From assembly GCA_044226625.1 (NCBI GenBank), contig JBGAGQ010000004.1:64001-128000 (forward strand): a DNA stretch of 64,000 nt, in the 5' to 3' direction. Shown piece after piece: positions 51,656 through 61,264 of the stretch (positions are counted from its first letter, which is position 1; the number at the start of each line of letters is the position of its first letter). The translations under genes and the position numbers were made by a program. The notes under the pieces are model-generated. The model saw only the letters and a program-made list of their open reading frames with translations. It searched no databases and was not told where the DNA came from. The DNA is from Thermoanaerobaculia bacterium (lineage in GTDB: Bacteria; Acidobacteriota; Thermoanaerobaculia; Multivoradales; UBA5704).

Positions 51656-52099
51656 CTACGCCTCGGCCGTCTCGGTCCGCGGCGGCCACGCTCCGATCAT
51701 CTGCCGCAACATCACGATCTTGCCGAGGTGATAGGCGTTGTGCACCGCGAGGCTTTGCAGCTCCTCGGCCATCGTCACTCCCGGCTCGACCTCCTGCGCC
51801 AACCGATCCGGCGATTCCGTCCAAGCGATCGCTGCCCGGCAGCCGTCGAGGAACAGGCGCACCACGTCGTGCCACTGCTGCTCGTTCTCCGGCCCCGCGC
51901 TCGGGTAATAGTCGCCGGAGACTGGCTTTTCGCGCTCGACCACCGTTCGCTGCCACATCGCTGTATGCCAGAGCTCGTCGTAGATCGAATGCACCACGCC
52001 ACCCGGCCGCTGCGTCACCTGTTCGAAGGTCAGCCCCGAAAGGAGGTCCGCGCGCTCGCGGAACTCGCCGGTGAGGAAGAGATGTTTCCAGGTGCTCAT
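51656..52099 (-). CDS. DinB family protein
   Basis: HSIY..LWH and HNAYHLG motifs. Confidence 0.85.
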   Translation of the reverse strand: MSTWKHLFLTGEFRERADLLSGLTFEQVTQRPGGVVHSIYDELWHTAMWQRTVVEREKPVSGDYYPSAGPENEQQWHDVVRLFLDGCRAAIAWTESPDRLAQEVEPGVTMAEELQSLAVHNAYHLGKIVMLRQMIGAWPPRTETAEA

Positions 52100-52169
52100 C
52101 GGTTTTGCTCCCGGCACCGAGCGTGCGAGCTCTCCGTCCCTCCTCGAGCTCCCTCGCGAGGCTCGGCCG

Positions 52170-52712
52170 TCAGAACTTCTCCAGCAACGCCAGACCCCAA
52201 GTCGTGAACCAGAACGCGATGCCCAGGGAGCTCAAGACAATGCCGAAGACCGCCGCTCTCCGGAACATCCACGGTTGGGCACGAAGGATAGAGAGCGCGC
52301 GGAAGCCGAAGACGGCGGCGATCAGGGAGCCCAGCCCGCCGAACCAGAGAATCGACCAGACCATGGAAAGGCGCGAGAGCCGCCGGGCTTTTTCCATCTC
52401 CTCGGGCCGAAGAGTGGCCAGCTCCGTGTCCGCCTGAATCCCCGTCGGCACTTCTTCCTCGCGAGCAGCCTCGATCAGGTCGCGCAGGACCTCCCTCGCA
52501 TCCTCCAGACGATCCGAAGGCACCTGAATCTCGACTCCGCCTGTCGCGACGTTGAAGCCGCCGATCTCCCCCGCGCCGATCAAGGCCTGAACGCCCCCGT
52601 TTTTCGCGAAATAGGGGATCTCCGCCTCGGCGAGACAAGACTCTGCGATCGATTGATCCACGGGATCGCCGGGCAGATAGACGGTCACGAATTCTGAAGG
52701 ATGTGTAGGCAT
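52170..52712 (-). CDS. DUF2007-like domain membrane protein
   Basis: IAESCL..AEIP...VEIQVP..RLEDAREVL, then two TM segments. Confidence 0.7.
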   Translation of the reverse strand: MPTHPSEFVTVYLPGDPVDQSIAESCLAEAEIPYFAKNGGVQALIGAGEIGGFNVATGGVEIQVPSDRLEDAREVLRDLIEAAREEEVPTGIQADTELATLRPEEMEKARRLSRLSMVWSILWFGGLGSLIAAVFGFRALSILRAQPWMFRRAAVFGIVLSSLGIAFWFTTWGLALLEKF

Positions 52713-52864
52713 CGAGCTACCTCGACTCTTCCGCCCAAAAGGGCAGGAGCGCTGCGTCATTCACCAGAAGGCTTCAGCGCCAGTTTACACGCGAAGGAAC
52801 GAGAGCCGAGCACAGGTCACCGCCCTTGAAGGCTCGGCGGCCGATGTGCTGCAATCCTCCGCCA

Positions 52865-53359
52865 ATGACCCGCGAGGAATACAACCAGCGAAGGCGGCAG
52901 ATCGAGGAGCGTCACCGGGCGACGATCGAGCTGATCGAGGCCGGCCGACTGGCGCAGCTGCGGGCGCTCGATCACGTCTGGCTGACCGCCGCGGAAGGAC
53001 GGGAGCCGATTCCGCCCAGCGCCGAGGAGCCAGCGCAGAGCTCGTCGCCGGGACGGAACGCGACGGATTCTTCGAAGGCTTCGCTCATGGCGCCCGCGGC
53101 TGATCCCGCTCCCACGAAGCGTCGCCGCGCGTACGAGTTGCTCGAACAGATCGAGGCCGCCTTGCCCTCGCTGCCCAACCCGTTCGACTATCACGACCTC
53201 CGCCGCGTTCTCGGCATCGAGCTGGATCGTGGCGCGGTCCGGCGCAACCTCGAACTGCTGGTCGAAGAGGAAATCTTGGGCAAGGAATCCCCTTCGAACG
53301 GCCGGTTTCGCCTTCTCTACAGGAAGTTGGTCCCCAGAGCGTCCCCGGAAACCGATTGA
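52865..53359 (+). CDS. Hypothetical protein, N-terminal coiled helix plus putative C-terminal winged helix
   Basis: MTREEYNQRRRQIE...QLRALDHVW; C-term F...DL...LG...R.AVRRNLELLVEE...YRK. Confidence 0.65.
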   Translation: MTREEYNQRRRQIEERHRATIELIEAGRLAQLRALDHVWLTAAEGREPIPPSAEEPAQSSSPGRNATDSSKASLMAPAADPAPTKRRRAYELLEQIEAALPSLPNPFDYHDLRRVLGIELDRGAVRRNLELLVEEEILGKESPSNGRFRLLYRKLVPRASPETD

Positions 53360-53750
53360 TGCGCGCGAAGATTCGCTCTCGCCTATCGGAAATGCGCGCG
53401 AGCGAACCGTTCAGGCGGTGAAGCCACGCAAAAATTCGCTCAAGTCCCTCAGAAATTCGCATTTTTCGGGGACTCCAGCGATTTCCTGGAGGACTTCAGC
53501 GTTTTTCTGCGGGACTTCACCGAATTATTGGGGACCTCAGCGATTTTCTGGAGGACTTCGGCCTATTTCTAGGGGACTTCAGCCAATTTCTGGGGGACTT
53601 CGGCGAATTTCTGGGAGGCTTCAGCCCTTTCTCGAGGGACTTCACCAAATTCGCGGGGGACCTCAGTGAATTTCTCGGGGACTTCGGCGCAATTCTGGAG
53701 GACTTCCGTCCATTCGCGGGAGACTCCAGCGAATTTCCCCAGCGACTCAA
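53355..53750. repeat. Degenerate 21-bp tandem array in two opposite orientations
   Basis: GAC(T/C)-type anchors at 53471, 53492, 53513, 53533, 53554, 53575, 53596, 53617, 53638, 53659, 53680, 53701, 53722; consensus ~GCGAATTTCTGGGGGACTTCA; inverted units at 53355-53460. Confidence 0.85.
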
Positions 53751-54021
53751 GCGCGTGATTGGGAGAGCACAGCGGTCGCCCCGGAAACCTCCGTGGCCTT
53801 CTAGGGAAGCTCCCCTCAATCGCGAGCGCCCCATCTCCTTGCGCCAGGGACCCGCACGCCCGGACGCGCGCAGAAACGGAACGCCTGGGCGAGGTCAGTC
53901 AAGTTGCGGATGCGCTGAAGGAATTTCCCAGCGCCTCGGACTCGTCTCGCGGAGATTCAGCGTTCAACTACCGACCGCGGCATCTTAGCGACCTGCATAC
54001 GTCGTGCTTAAGGGCGGCGCG

Positions 54022-54333
54022 CTACCCTTTGCCGCGAGCCGCCAATACCTCCGATCGCAGAAGCCGCTCGCTGCGCATGACGTAGAGGATGTAAACGCGA
54101 TCCTGGTCCTGCCGATAGAAGATCCGGCACGGTGGCTCGACGAGCTGCCGGTATCGCCACCCCTTGAGCTCGGGCGGCTTTGGACCCAATCTTGGATGGT
54201 CCGCCAGCAGCTCGACGTGCTTGAACACTCGCTGGACCAGCTCCCGCGCCGCCTCAGGATTGTCGAGCGCGATGTAGTCCGCGATGGCATCCAGGTCGCT
54301 GAGCGCGGGCTCGGTCCAAACTACTTCAGCCAT
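54022..54333 (-). CDS. RelE/ParE family toxin
   Basis: MAEVVWTEPALSDLDAIADYIA.DNP.AA, YRQL...RIFY. Confidence 0.92.
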   Translation of the reverse strand: MAEVVWTEPALSDLDAIADYIALDNPEAARELVQRVFKHVELLADHPRLGPKPPELKGWRYRQLVEPPCRIFYRQDQDRVYILYVMRSERLLRSEVLAARGKG

Positions 54334-54578
54334 CGTGCCATGCGCTGTTTGGCCTGGCCGTGCGTCAGGGTACGTCCGTCTTCGACGGCCTTCTCACCTC
54401 GAGCAATTCCCTCGAGGAGGGCCATCCTCTTCTGCAGAGCCTCAAAGGTCCCGACGTCCACGAGGTATGCACTCGGGAGACCGTGCTGCGTGATGAGGAT
54501 CGGTTCCTTGTCCCGCTCCAGCTCCGCAAGGAGCTCGGTCGCTTGACGCTTCAGGGTGGTCACGATCTCGGTGCGCAT
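54321..54578 (-). CDS. Phd/YefM family antitoxin
   Basis: TTLKRQATELL...PILITQHG.PSAYLV; overlaps toxin start. Confidence 0.92.
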   Translation of the reverse strand: MRTEIVTTLKRQATELLAELERDKEPILITQHGLPSAYLVDVGTFEALQKRMALLEGIARGEKAVEDGRTLTHGQAKQRMARWLK

Positions 54579-54580
54579 GG

Positions 54581-54600
54581 AGTGATACTAGAGTGTCACT
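54581..54600. promoter_or_regulatory. Imperfect palindrome overlapping -10, putative antitoxin operator
   Basis: AGTGATAC-TAGA-GTGTCACT directly before ATG 54578; minus-strand TAGTAT -10. Confidence 0.55.
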
Positions 54601-54670
54601 TGCCTTCGGCGCAACCGATCCGCCAAGACCCTCTCTCAGGGCATGTTGAGCCGAATTCCAGGATGCAGCG

Positions 54671-55054
54671 TCAGGCCGTGGCCCGCCAAGCCATCCACCA
54701 CGCCGGGATGTGAAGGATGGCGACGGTCGCGGTCGTGATAACCGATATGACGTAGTCGGCTGGTGTGGCGATTCCGCGTTCGGTCGAGATCCGGCGATAC
54801 TCCTCGAGCCCGCGGGCGCTCATCCACACAGCCGAAGATAGGGCGACGCAACCGATCGTCGCGTGCAGACCTTTGAACGATGCCCCGGCAGGCCAAGAGC
54901 CCATGCCTAGGCCAACGCAACACGCCGCAAACGTCCCCACCACTGCATCGACGACGATCTTCCAACCGGGTACTCGCTCCTCGAAGTCATCCCACGAAGC
55001 GGCAACCGTGAAGCCCACGAGAGCTGCGATCCAGAGCCACGCCCACCACTTCAT
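54671..55054 (-). CDS. Hypothetical small membrane protein
   Basis: ~4 hydrophobic segments; GAGGAAGG RBS before ATG 55054. Confidence 0.6.
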   Translation of the reverse strand: MKWWAWLWIAALVGFTVAASWDDFEERVPGWKIVVDAVVGTFAACCVGLGMGSWPAGASFKGLHATIGCVALSSAVWMSARGLEEYRRISTERGIATPADYVISVITTATVAILHIPAWWMAWRATA

Positions 55055-55313
55055 CGTCGCCCCTTCCTCTTTCACTTCTACCCATTGCTGTTCGCCCCGG
55101 ACCATCGACAGCCACCGCTGGAATGGATGCAGGCCGGACGTGTGCAGAGATCGAAATGCCTGGCCGAGGTTGCCCCACCGGCGGACGCACTAGAGGGACT
55201 CTCTCGCAGCCCTGGACCTTTCCCGGGGAGATTGGGCGGCTCAGCCGTCGACCGTGGTGCCTAAAGCGGCGCGACTCGGGAACTTCTTTCGAATGGGCGC
55301 GTCGGGGCGACCT

Positions 55314-55400
55314 GGTCCAAACTATCTCAACCATGGCGCCATGCGATACTCGGCCTGACCATGGGTCTCGGCCGACAATGGCTTGTTCGTCGCTGGCTAT
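55314..55400 (-). pseudogene. Relic of Phd antitoxin 3' end / ParE toxin 5' start
   Basis: 42/54 nt identity (manual count) of 55314-55367 with 54313-54366; reads THGQAEYRMAPWLR* and MVEIVWT. Confidence 0.75.
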
Positions 55401-55696
55401 GCGACCTGACGGCGTTGAGTCACGCGAACGGACACGCAAGCACCGGCATGACCGAGCATCTCGATCAAGCCGTCGACGTTAAAGTCGTCGATCTTCCCGC
55501 GCATCAGATCGCTTACCCGTGACTGAGTCACTCCGAGAAGTTTCGCGGCGGCAGGTTGGGTAAGTCCCTCGACCTCGATCAACTTCGTTAGCTCAATCAT
55601 CAAATCGGCTCGGATCTTGAGGTTCTCGGCCTCGTCTTCGCCGAATCCGAGATCGCCGAATACATTTCCGGTTGAGCGTCGAACCCGAACCGTCAT
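55397..55696 (-). CDS. HigA-like XRE helix-turn-helix antitoxin
   Basis: STGNVFGDLGF, LTQ..AAKLLGVTQSRVSDL.RG. Confidence 0.9.
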   Translation of the reverse strand: MTVRVRRSTGNVFGDLGFGEDEAENLKIRADLMIELTKLIEVEGLTQPAAAKLLGVTQSRVSDLMRGKIDDFNVDGLIEMLGHAGACVSVRVTQRRQVA

Positions 55697-56040
55697 TTCC
55701 TTCTCCCTTCCTCGCGGCGGAGGGCTTCAACCTGCTTGAGGCGCTCACGTGCCAGGGTCAGATCTACATCGCGAGTCTGCCGGCTTCTTTTCTCGAAAGC
55801 GTGCAGGACGTAGACCGCCTCCTCGAACTTCGCCACGTATATCACCCTGTGTTCTACGTGAGTGTGGATCCGAATCTCGTTGACACCTGCTCCAATGCTC
55901 GGCATTGGCTTCCAGTCAGTGGGCATCAAACCACGCTGGACTCGGCGCAGTTGGTAGCCGGCGATTCTCCGAGCCTCCGGTGGGAAGTCCAGCAGATCCT
56001 CGAAGGAGGCCCCAACCCACGAGACCATCTTTTCAGGCAT
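55693..56040 (-). CDS. HigB-like RelE/Gp49 family toxin
   Basis: WVGAS..DL..FP, GYQL.RVQ.G..P.DWKPM, EIRI, YVLHAFEK; toxin-first order. Confidence 0.9.
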   Translation of the reverse strand: MPEKMVSWVGASFEDLLDFPPEARRIAGYQLRRVQRGLMPTDWKPMPSIGAGVNEIRIHTHVEHRVIYVAKFEEAVYVLHAFEKRSRQTRDVDLTLARERLKQVEALRREEGRRK

Positions 56041-56368
56041 GGAGCCAGTATACAAGCGGATGAATTGCCGGAGGGGGTCGGTTATGTAGAACGCGAGGCA
56101 GATTCGTTGGGCCCCGACCTAAGCTATCTGGAAGGCACCCAGTCTCGGGAGCTGGCCGAATGTCGTCTGTGACGCCTAGGGATCGCGAAGTGCGGGAAAA
56201 ATCACGAGCGCCGCTCGTTTACCCTCGCATCCCAGCCCTCATGAAACAGCGCAACAACATCTTCAACAAGATTCCCTTTCCGCTTTGAGGATGTGGTCTT
56301 TCCTGCGCTCTTGCGAGACATATTCCTACCTGTCAACCAAAGGGAGCGAAGCAAGAGATGCCTGCACC

Positions 56369-56911
56369 TTAGATACGAAGGTGCTCCAGATGCTGATCGA
56401 GCGACACGAAGCGATGGGCCACTTCCTTCAGTTCCTTCGCGGCATGGTTCCAGAACACTACTTCCACCTTATAGCCGTCTTCCTGGAGTTCCTTGATGGT
56501 AGGCACATAGTCGGAGTCGCCTGCCACAAGGACGAAGAGATCCTCCCGGGCATCCCCTCGCTTGTACGCGTCCTTAGTGATCAGCGTGGCAATGCCTGTG
56601 TCGATCTTCTTCTCCTTGTTCCGCACGTTACGGTCTTCAAGGTGAAGCTCGAATCCGGCGCGTTCTGCATGGCGCCAGATGGAATCATTTGGCGGCGGAC
56701 GGGAACCGAAGAGGGCTACGCGCTTGATCTTAGAAAGATCACTTCCCGCAAGGAATTCATGGAGCTTTCCAAAGCTAATAGTGTAGCCATAATCAAAAAT
56801 TCCCTCTCGCATTGCCTCGACAATGTCCGCCGCGAGGCCCTGTTCTACAGTGCTTACTCTACGACCTTCGATGTAAAGATTTGAGTTGTCGACGTAAATG
56901 TAGTCAGCCAA
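56369..56911 (-). CDS. NYN (LabA/DUF88) domain protein
   Basis: YVDNSN, EKKIDT, VAGDSDY motifs; visibly lower GC. Confidence 0.9.
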   Translation of the reverse strand: MADYIYVDNSNLYIEGRRVSTVEQGLAADIVEAMREGIFDYGYTISFGKLHEFLAGSDLSKIKRVALFGSRPPPNDSIWRHAERAGFELHLEDRNVRNKEKKIDTGIATLITKDAYKRGDAREDLFVLVAGDSDYVPTIKELQEDGYKVEVVFWNHAAKELKEVAHRFVSLDQHLEHLRI

Positions 56912-57006
56912 GATTGAAGCTCTTCGGGGTCGAAATACCTGCCAGTGATTCTGGCACCCAACTATGGGTTTTTCTTTCCTGCGACAGCTCGCTGACCCTT
57001 GCTAAT

Positions 57007-59652
57007 TTATAGCATTTCCCTTCCTGTTTCGGCTCCGGCCGTCCGCCGGTCCCGCCACGAAAGAAACGCGGGCAGCAACGTGATCGTGATCAGGCAGGTC
57101 GAGAGCGCCCCGAGGATCGCCACGAATCCGACGGTCTTCAAGCCCGGATAATGGGAAAAGCCGATCGAGCCGAAGCCCACGATGGTCGACAACGCGGCCA
57201 CCGCCACGGCTCCTCCGGTTTCGGTGATGCCGCGCTCGCGCTCGTCCCAGGGCTCGGCGTGAGATTCCCGATAGCGGTGGATGACGTAAAGCCCGTAATC
57301 CACGCCGATGCCGATGATCATGGTGGTGACGAAAATGTTGATGAAGTTCATCTGGATTCCGAAGAAGCCCATGCCACCCACCATCCAGACGATGCCGATC
57401 GACAGCGGCACGAGCGCGAGGATCGCGTAGCGCACGCTGCGGAAATCGGCCCAGACGATCAGCCCTACCACCACGTAACCGAGGATCCCGGCGACCCAGG
57501 CATCGGCGAGCACCATGGTGCGGACGCGCTGGTTGATCACGTTGACTCCCGTGAGCGTCGCCTTCGGGCCGAGCTGCGCCATGGCCGCGACGACGTCGGG
57601 CGGCGCCTCGCGGCGCCATTTGTTCTGCGGCGGGAAGAGGTAGACCGCGCTCACCCAGCCATCGCCTTTCCGGGACCCGTCGCGGGCGAGGAAGCGGTCG
57701 AGGATCAGCTCGGTTTGGTGCGAGCCGCGAAAATCGTCGACTCCGATCGGTCCGGAGAGCGAGATCGCCTGGTCGAGCAGCTCGAAGCCCCGTTCGAACG
57801 ACTCGGGCCTTAGCCCCGCGCCGCGCGCCGCCGCTCCGAAGCTCGCGCGGATCCGCTCGAGGTCGAGCGTGCCGGATCGGCCGTCGGCGAGCCAAGCGAG
57901 CGTTCGACGCTGGCGGTCGAGCGGCGGGATCAGCGAGCCGACGCCGCTCGCGCTGTTGAGCACCCCGCGCTCGACGAGCCCCTGGGCGACCCGGCTCGCC
58001 CGGTCGGCGAGCGCGAGCGTCTCCTCCAGGGTGTCACCGTGGAGGATCACGCTCATCGAATCGAACCCGGAACCGAACCGCTTGCCGATCTCTTCGGTCG
58101 TCGCGGTCCCCGGATTGCCGCGCGGCCGCATCGTCTTCATGCTCTCGTCGAACGTCACCGAGCGGGCGCTCCAGGCGGCGAGCGCCGTGATCACGGCGCC
58201 CACGGCCAGGACGGTGCGTGGATGGCGCATCGAGGCCGCCATGAGATGGCGGGTGCCGAAGCTCTGGATGTAGAGGTTTGGCTCCGTCGCGCGCCGCGCG
58301 TGTCGATCCTCGCGCCAGGCGAGCAGCGCGGGGAGCAGCCAGAGCACCGAGGTGACACAGAGGAGGATGCCGGTGCCGGTGAGCAGCCCCATCTGGCGCA
58401 GGCCGCCGAACTCCGTCGTGGTGAAGGCGTAGAACGTGGCGGCCGTGGTCACCGCGCCGGTGAGGACCGCCCGGCCGGAGAGCGCGTTCATGGCGCCCAG
58501 GGCCTCTTCGAGCGTGGCGCCGCGGCGCCGCTCCTCGACGAAGCGGCCGTAGTTGACGATCACGAAATCGATCCCGAGACCGATCAAAAGGGCCGCCACC
58601 ACGCTGGTCGCCGAGGAGAGCGAGCCGATCGCGATCTTCGCGAAGCCGAAGGTGAGGATCAGGCCCGTGAGCAGCGGCACGAAGGCGTAGAGCAGCGCGC
58701 TCGGCCGCCGGAACGCGAACAGGAAGAGCAGCAGGACACCGAGCGCCGAGGTCGCGATGTTCACCATCATGTCGAAGGCGATCAGTCCGGCGTCGCCCAC
58801 GGTGGTGAGGTATGGCCCGCCGAGCGCCGTCTCGGGAACCGGCGGGACCTTGAGATCGGACCCCGCCCCGCCGCCGGCGATCTCCGGCCACGCGGCCTTG
58901 GCCGCCTCGATCCGCCGCTTCACGCTCGCGACCATCGCTTGGCTGAACTTGACGTCCTGCGGCGGGTTCTTCGGCTCGGCGAGCAGGAGGAGCAGCCGGT
59001 GGTCTTTCGACAGGTAGTAGCCGCTCGTCCAGTCGACGTTGAGCGCCCCGCGCGAGCTCTCCATCCGGCCGAGGAAGACGTCGGCGAGGCCGAGCGGATC
59101 GAGCCGGAACAGCTCCTTCATCGCCGCCCCTTGCGGCGTGCCGAGCCGGCGCCGAAGCTCGACCGCGCGGTCGGCGATCGCCGCGTCGGAGAGCTTCGCC
59201 TCGAGCGCCTTGCGCCCCCCCTCGTCGAGGAAGAGCACGGCCTTCGGGAAGAAGGTGGCCAGCAGCTCCTCCGGATTGCCCAGCTTGAACTCGACCCGCC
59301 GGATCTCGGGCGCCTTGGCCAGCTCGCCGGCGAGAGTGTCGGCGTAGCTCAGATAGGGGTCGAGAACGGCCCCCTCGGGGATCTTGACCGCGACCAGCAG
59401 GAGGGAGCCGGTGCCGAACTGCTCGAGCGCGTCGACGTAGGCCGAGATCGCCGGATCCTTGCGCGGCAACAGGCGCAGCATGTCGGTGTCGAAATGAAGC
59501 GTCGCGGCGAGCACGATCGAGGTGACGACGAGCAAGCCGAACACCGCGAACACCCGGCCATACCGCCGCCGGGCGATCCCGGCGATGGTCTGCAGGAAGT
59601 TCCGGTCCTTGGACAGTTTGGTAGCGGGCGAAGGCGCGGGCGTCTCGGTCAT
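57007..59652 (-). CDS. MMPL/RND family transporter
   Basis: Two repeats with GLGIDF and GIGVDYG motifs; ATG 59652 overlaps pgsA stop (ATGA). Confidence 0.9.
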   Translation of the reverse strand: MTETPAPSPATKLSKDRNFLQTIAGIARRRYGRVFAVFGLLVVTSIVLAATLHFDTDMLRLLPRKDPAISAYVDALEQFGTGSLLLVAVKIPEGAVLDPYLSYADTLAGELAKAPEIRRVEFKLGNPEELLATFFPKAVLFLDEGGRKALEAKLSDAAIADRAVELRRRLGTPQGAAMKELFRLDPLGLADVFLGRMESSRGALNVDWTSGYYLSKDHRLLLLLAEPKNPPQDVKFSQAMVASVKRRIEAAKAAWPEIAGGGAGSDLKVPPVPETALGGPYLTTVGDAGLIAFDMMVNIATSALGVLLLFLFAFRRPSALLYAFVPLLTGLILTFGFAKIAIGSLSSATSVVAALLIGLGIDFVIVNYGRFVEERRRGATLEEALGAMNALSGRAVLTGAVTTAATFYAFTTTEFGGLRQMGLLTGTGILLCVTSVLWLLPALLAWREDRHARRATEPNLYIQSFGTRHLMAASMRHPRTVLAVGAVITALAAWSARSVTFDESMKTMRPRGNPGTATTEEIGKRFGSGFDSMSVILHGDTLEETLALADRASRVAQGLVERGVLNSASGVGSLIPPLDRQRRTLAWLADGRSGTLDLERIRASFGAAARGAGLRPESFERGFELLDQAISLSGPIGVDDFRGSHQTELILDRFLARDGSRKGDGWVSAVYLFPPQNKWRREAPPDVVAAMAQLGPKATLTGVNVINQRVRTMVLADAWVAGILGYVVVGLIVWADFRSVRYAILALVPLSIGIVWMVGGMGFFGIQMNFINIFVTTMIIGIGVDYGLYVIHRYRESHAEPWDERERGITETGGAVAVAALSTIVGFGSIGFSHYPGLKTVGFVAILGALSTCLITITLLPAFLSWRDRRTAGAETGREML

Positions 59653-60218
59653 GGCGTCCCCGGAGGGCCTTCGCTCTGAAGCAGGCGGCGGCCGAATTGC
59701 ACGAAGTAGTCCACACCGGACCAAGCGGTCACGAGCATCGCCGCCCAAAGCGAGATCGGGGCGAGATGGCGGAACTCTCCGAGCTCGTTGTAGACGATCA
59801 GTAGGGAGATGGCGACGATCTGGAGCGTGGTCTTGAGCTTGCCCGAGGCGGCGGCCGGAATGACGATCCGTTCGGCCGCGGCGAAGCTGCGCAACGAGGT
59901 CACCGCGAACTCGCGGGCGATGATGACGACCACGATCCAGGCCGGAACCACCCGCGGATTCAGCTCGACCAGAGAGATGAAGGCGGCCGAAGTGAGGATC
60001 TTGTCCGCCGCCGGATCCAGGATCTGGCCAAGACGGGTGATCTGCTTGCGCCGTCGAGCGAGGAATCCGTCGAGGAAATCGGTCAACGAGGCGAGCAGGA
60101 ACAACCCGAGGCCGATCCACTCCTGGCCGAAATATTTGGGCTTCGTAAACAGCACGACCACCATGAGCGGTACGAGCAGGATGCGAAACAGGCTCAGGAG
60201 GTTCGGGACGTTCAGCAT
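59649..60218 (-). CDS. pgsA: CDP-diacylglycerol--glycerol-3-phosphate 3-phosphatidyltransferase
   Basis: NVPNLLS..R, TDFLDGFLARR...G..LDPAADK, GKLKT. Confidence 0.92.
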   Translation of the reverse strand: MLNVPNLLSLFRILLVPLMVVVLFTKPKYFGQEWIGLGLFLLASLTDFLDGFLARRRKQITRLGQILDPAADKILTSAAFISLVELNPRVVPAWIVVVIIAREFAVTSLRSFAAAERIVIPAAASGKLKTTLQIVAISLLIVYNELGEFRHLAPISLWAAMLVTAWSGVDYFVQFGRRLLQSEGPPGTP

Positions 60219-60325
60219 GGCAGCCGGTCGAGCCGGAGAATTGTATGTCATGGTCCGGAGGTCTCGGGACCCCGCCCGGCCAGCCCTTGGCTCGCTCGGG
60301 CGGACGGGCGAAGCGGAGTACCGAT

Positions 60326-61027
60326 TCAGGCGCCCTCTTCGAATCGAGCGACGATCCGTTCGAACGTGAGCCCGCTCACCGTGGGCACCACCCGCTCCGC
60401 CAAGCGAAGCTCGCCCGCCGGATAGGTCTGCGCGACGCCGAGCGTCCGCAGCCCGGCTTCGGTCGCGGCGGAGAGCCCCGCCGGGCTGTCCTCGATCGCC
60501 AGCACCTCATGGGGATGGAACAGCCGGGACGGTAGGGGCGGCTCGGAGTTGAGGACGTCGAGCGCCTTGCGGTACCCCTCCGGATCGGGCTTCCCCTCGG
60601 CGACCCCCTCCGCGGCGACGATGACCTTGAAGAGATCGAAACAACCCGCCTGCCGGAGAGCCCCCTCGATCTCCTCCTGCAACGCCCCGGAGACCACCCC
60701 CAGCACGCAGCCCGCGGCGGAGGCCGACCGGATCAGCTCGACCGCACCGGGAAAAAGGGGATAACCCGACGCCCGCACCCGCTCCTGGTAGTAGCGCGCT
60801 TTCCGCGCGATGAGGCGCATCAGGCGGGTGTCCGTCGCCTCCTCCCCCGCCTCGGCGAGGACGGCCCCGAAACATCCGCGATCGTCGAAGCCGAGGAACC
60901 TCTGGTAGTAGTCCTCCGTCGTGAGCTCGATCCCCTCTTCGCCGAGAACCTTGGCGAACATCTCGAAATGGAGCGGCTCGTCGTCGACCAATACCCCGTT
61001 GAAATCGAAAAGGATGGCTCGAAACAC
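60326..61027 (-). CDS. HAD family hydrolase
   Basis: FDFNGVL, VVSG, KPDP, IEDS; GTG start 61027. Confidence 0.88.
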   Translation of the reverse strand: MFRAILFDFNGVLVDDEPLHFEMFAKVLGEEGIELTTEDYYQRFLGFDDRGCFGAVLAEAGEEATDTRLMRLIARKARYYQERVRASGYPLFPGAVELIRSASAAGCVLGVVSGALQEEIEGALRQAGCFDLFKVIVAAEGVAEGKPDPEGYRKALDVLNSEPPLPSRLFHPHEVLAIEDSPAGLSAATEAGLRTLGVAQTYPAGELRLAERVVPTVSGLTFERIVARFEEGA

Positions 61028-61264
61028 GGCGCGATCATAACGCGCAGGGCTCCGGGTTCGGTGTCGCGGAATTTCGTCCGGAGGACACCACCAAGAGTGG
61101 GAAGAGATCCCGGCCGGGTGCTGTTCTCGCCCGTGACGCCGGCCACCGAGCCTCGGGGAGACCGGCGTCGGAGACCCGAGGGAGGCCGGCCCGCTTGCCA
61201 AGCGCGCGGCGCCTCCCGCAGAATCGTCGACCAGTTTGCGCGAGGCGCGCCCGAGGAGCACGAC

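Noticed and set aside
53460-53750. CRISPR array
   Set aside because: Units are contiguous 21-mers with no unique spacers, and there are no cas genes in the window
51141-56990. Integron cassette array (co-oriented small genes and TA pairs)
   Set aside because: No convincing attC sites (best candidate GCGCAAC...GTTGAGC at 54609-54652 is too short and imperfect) and no integrase
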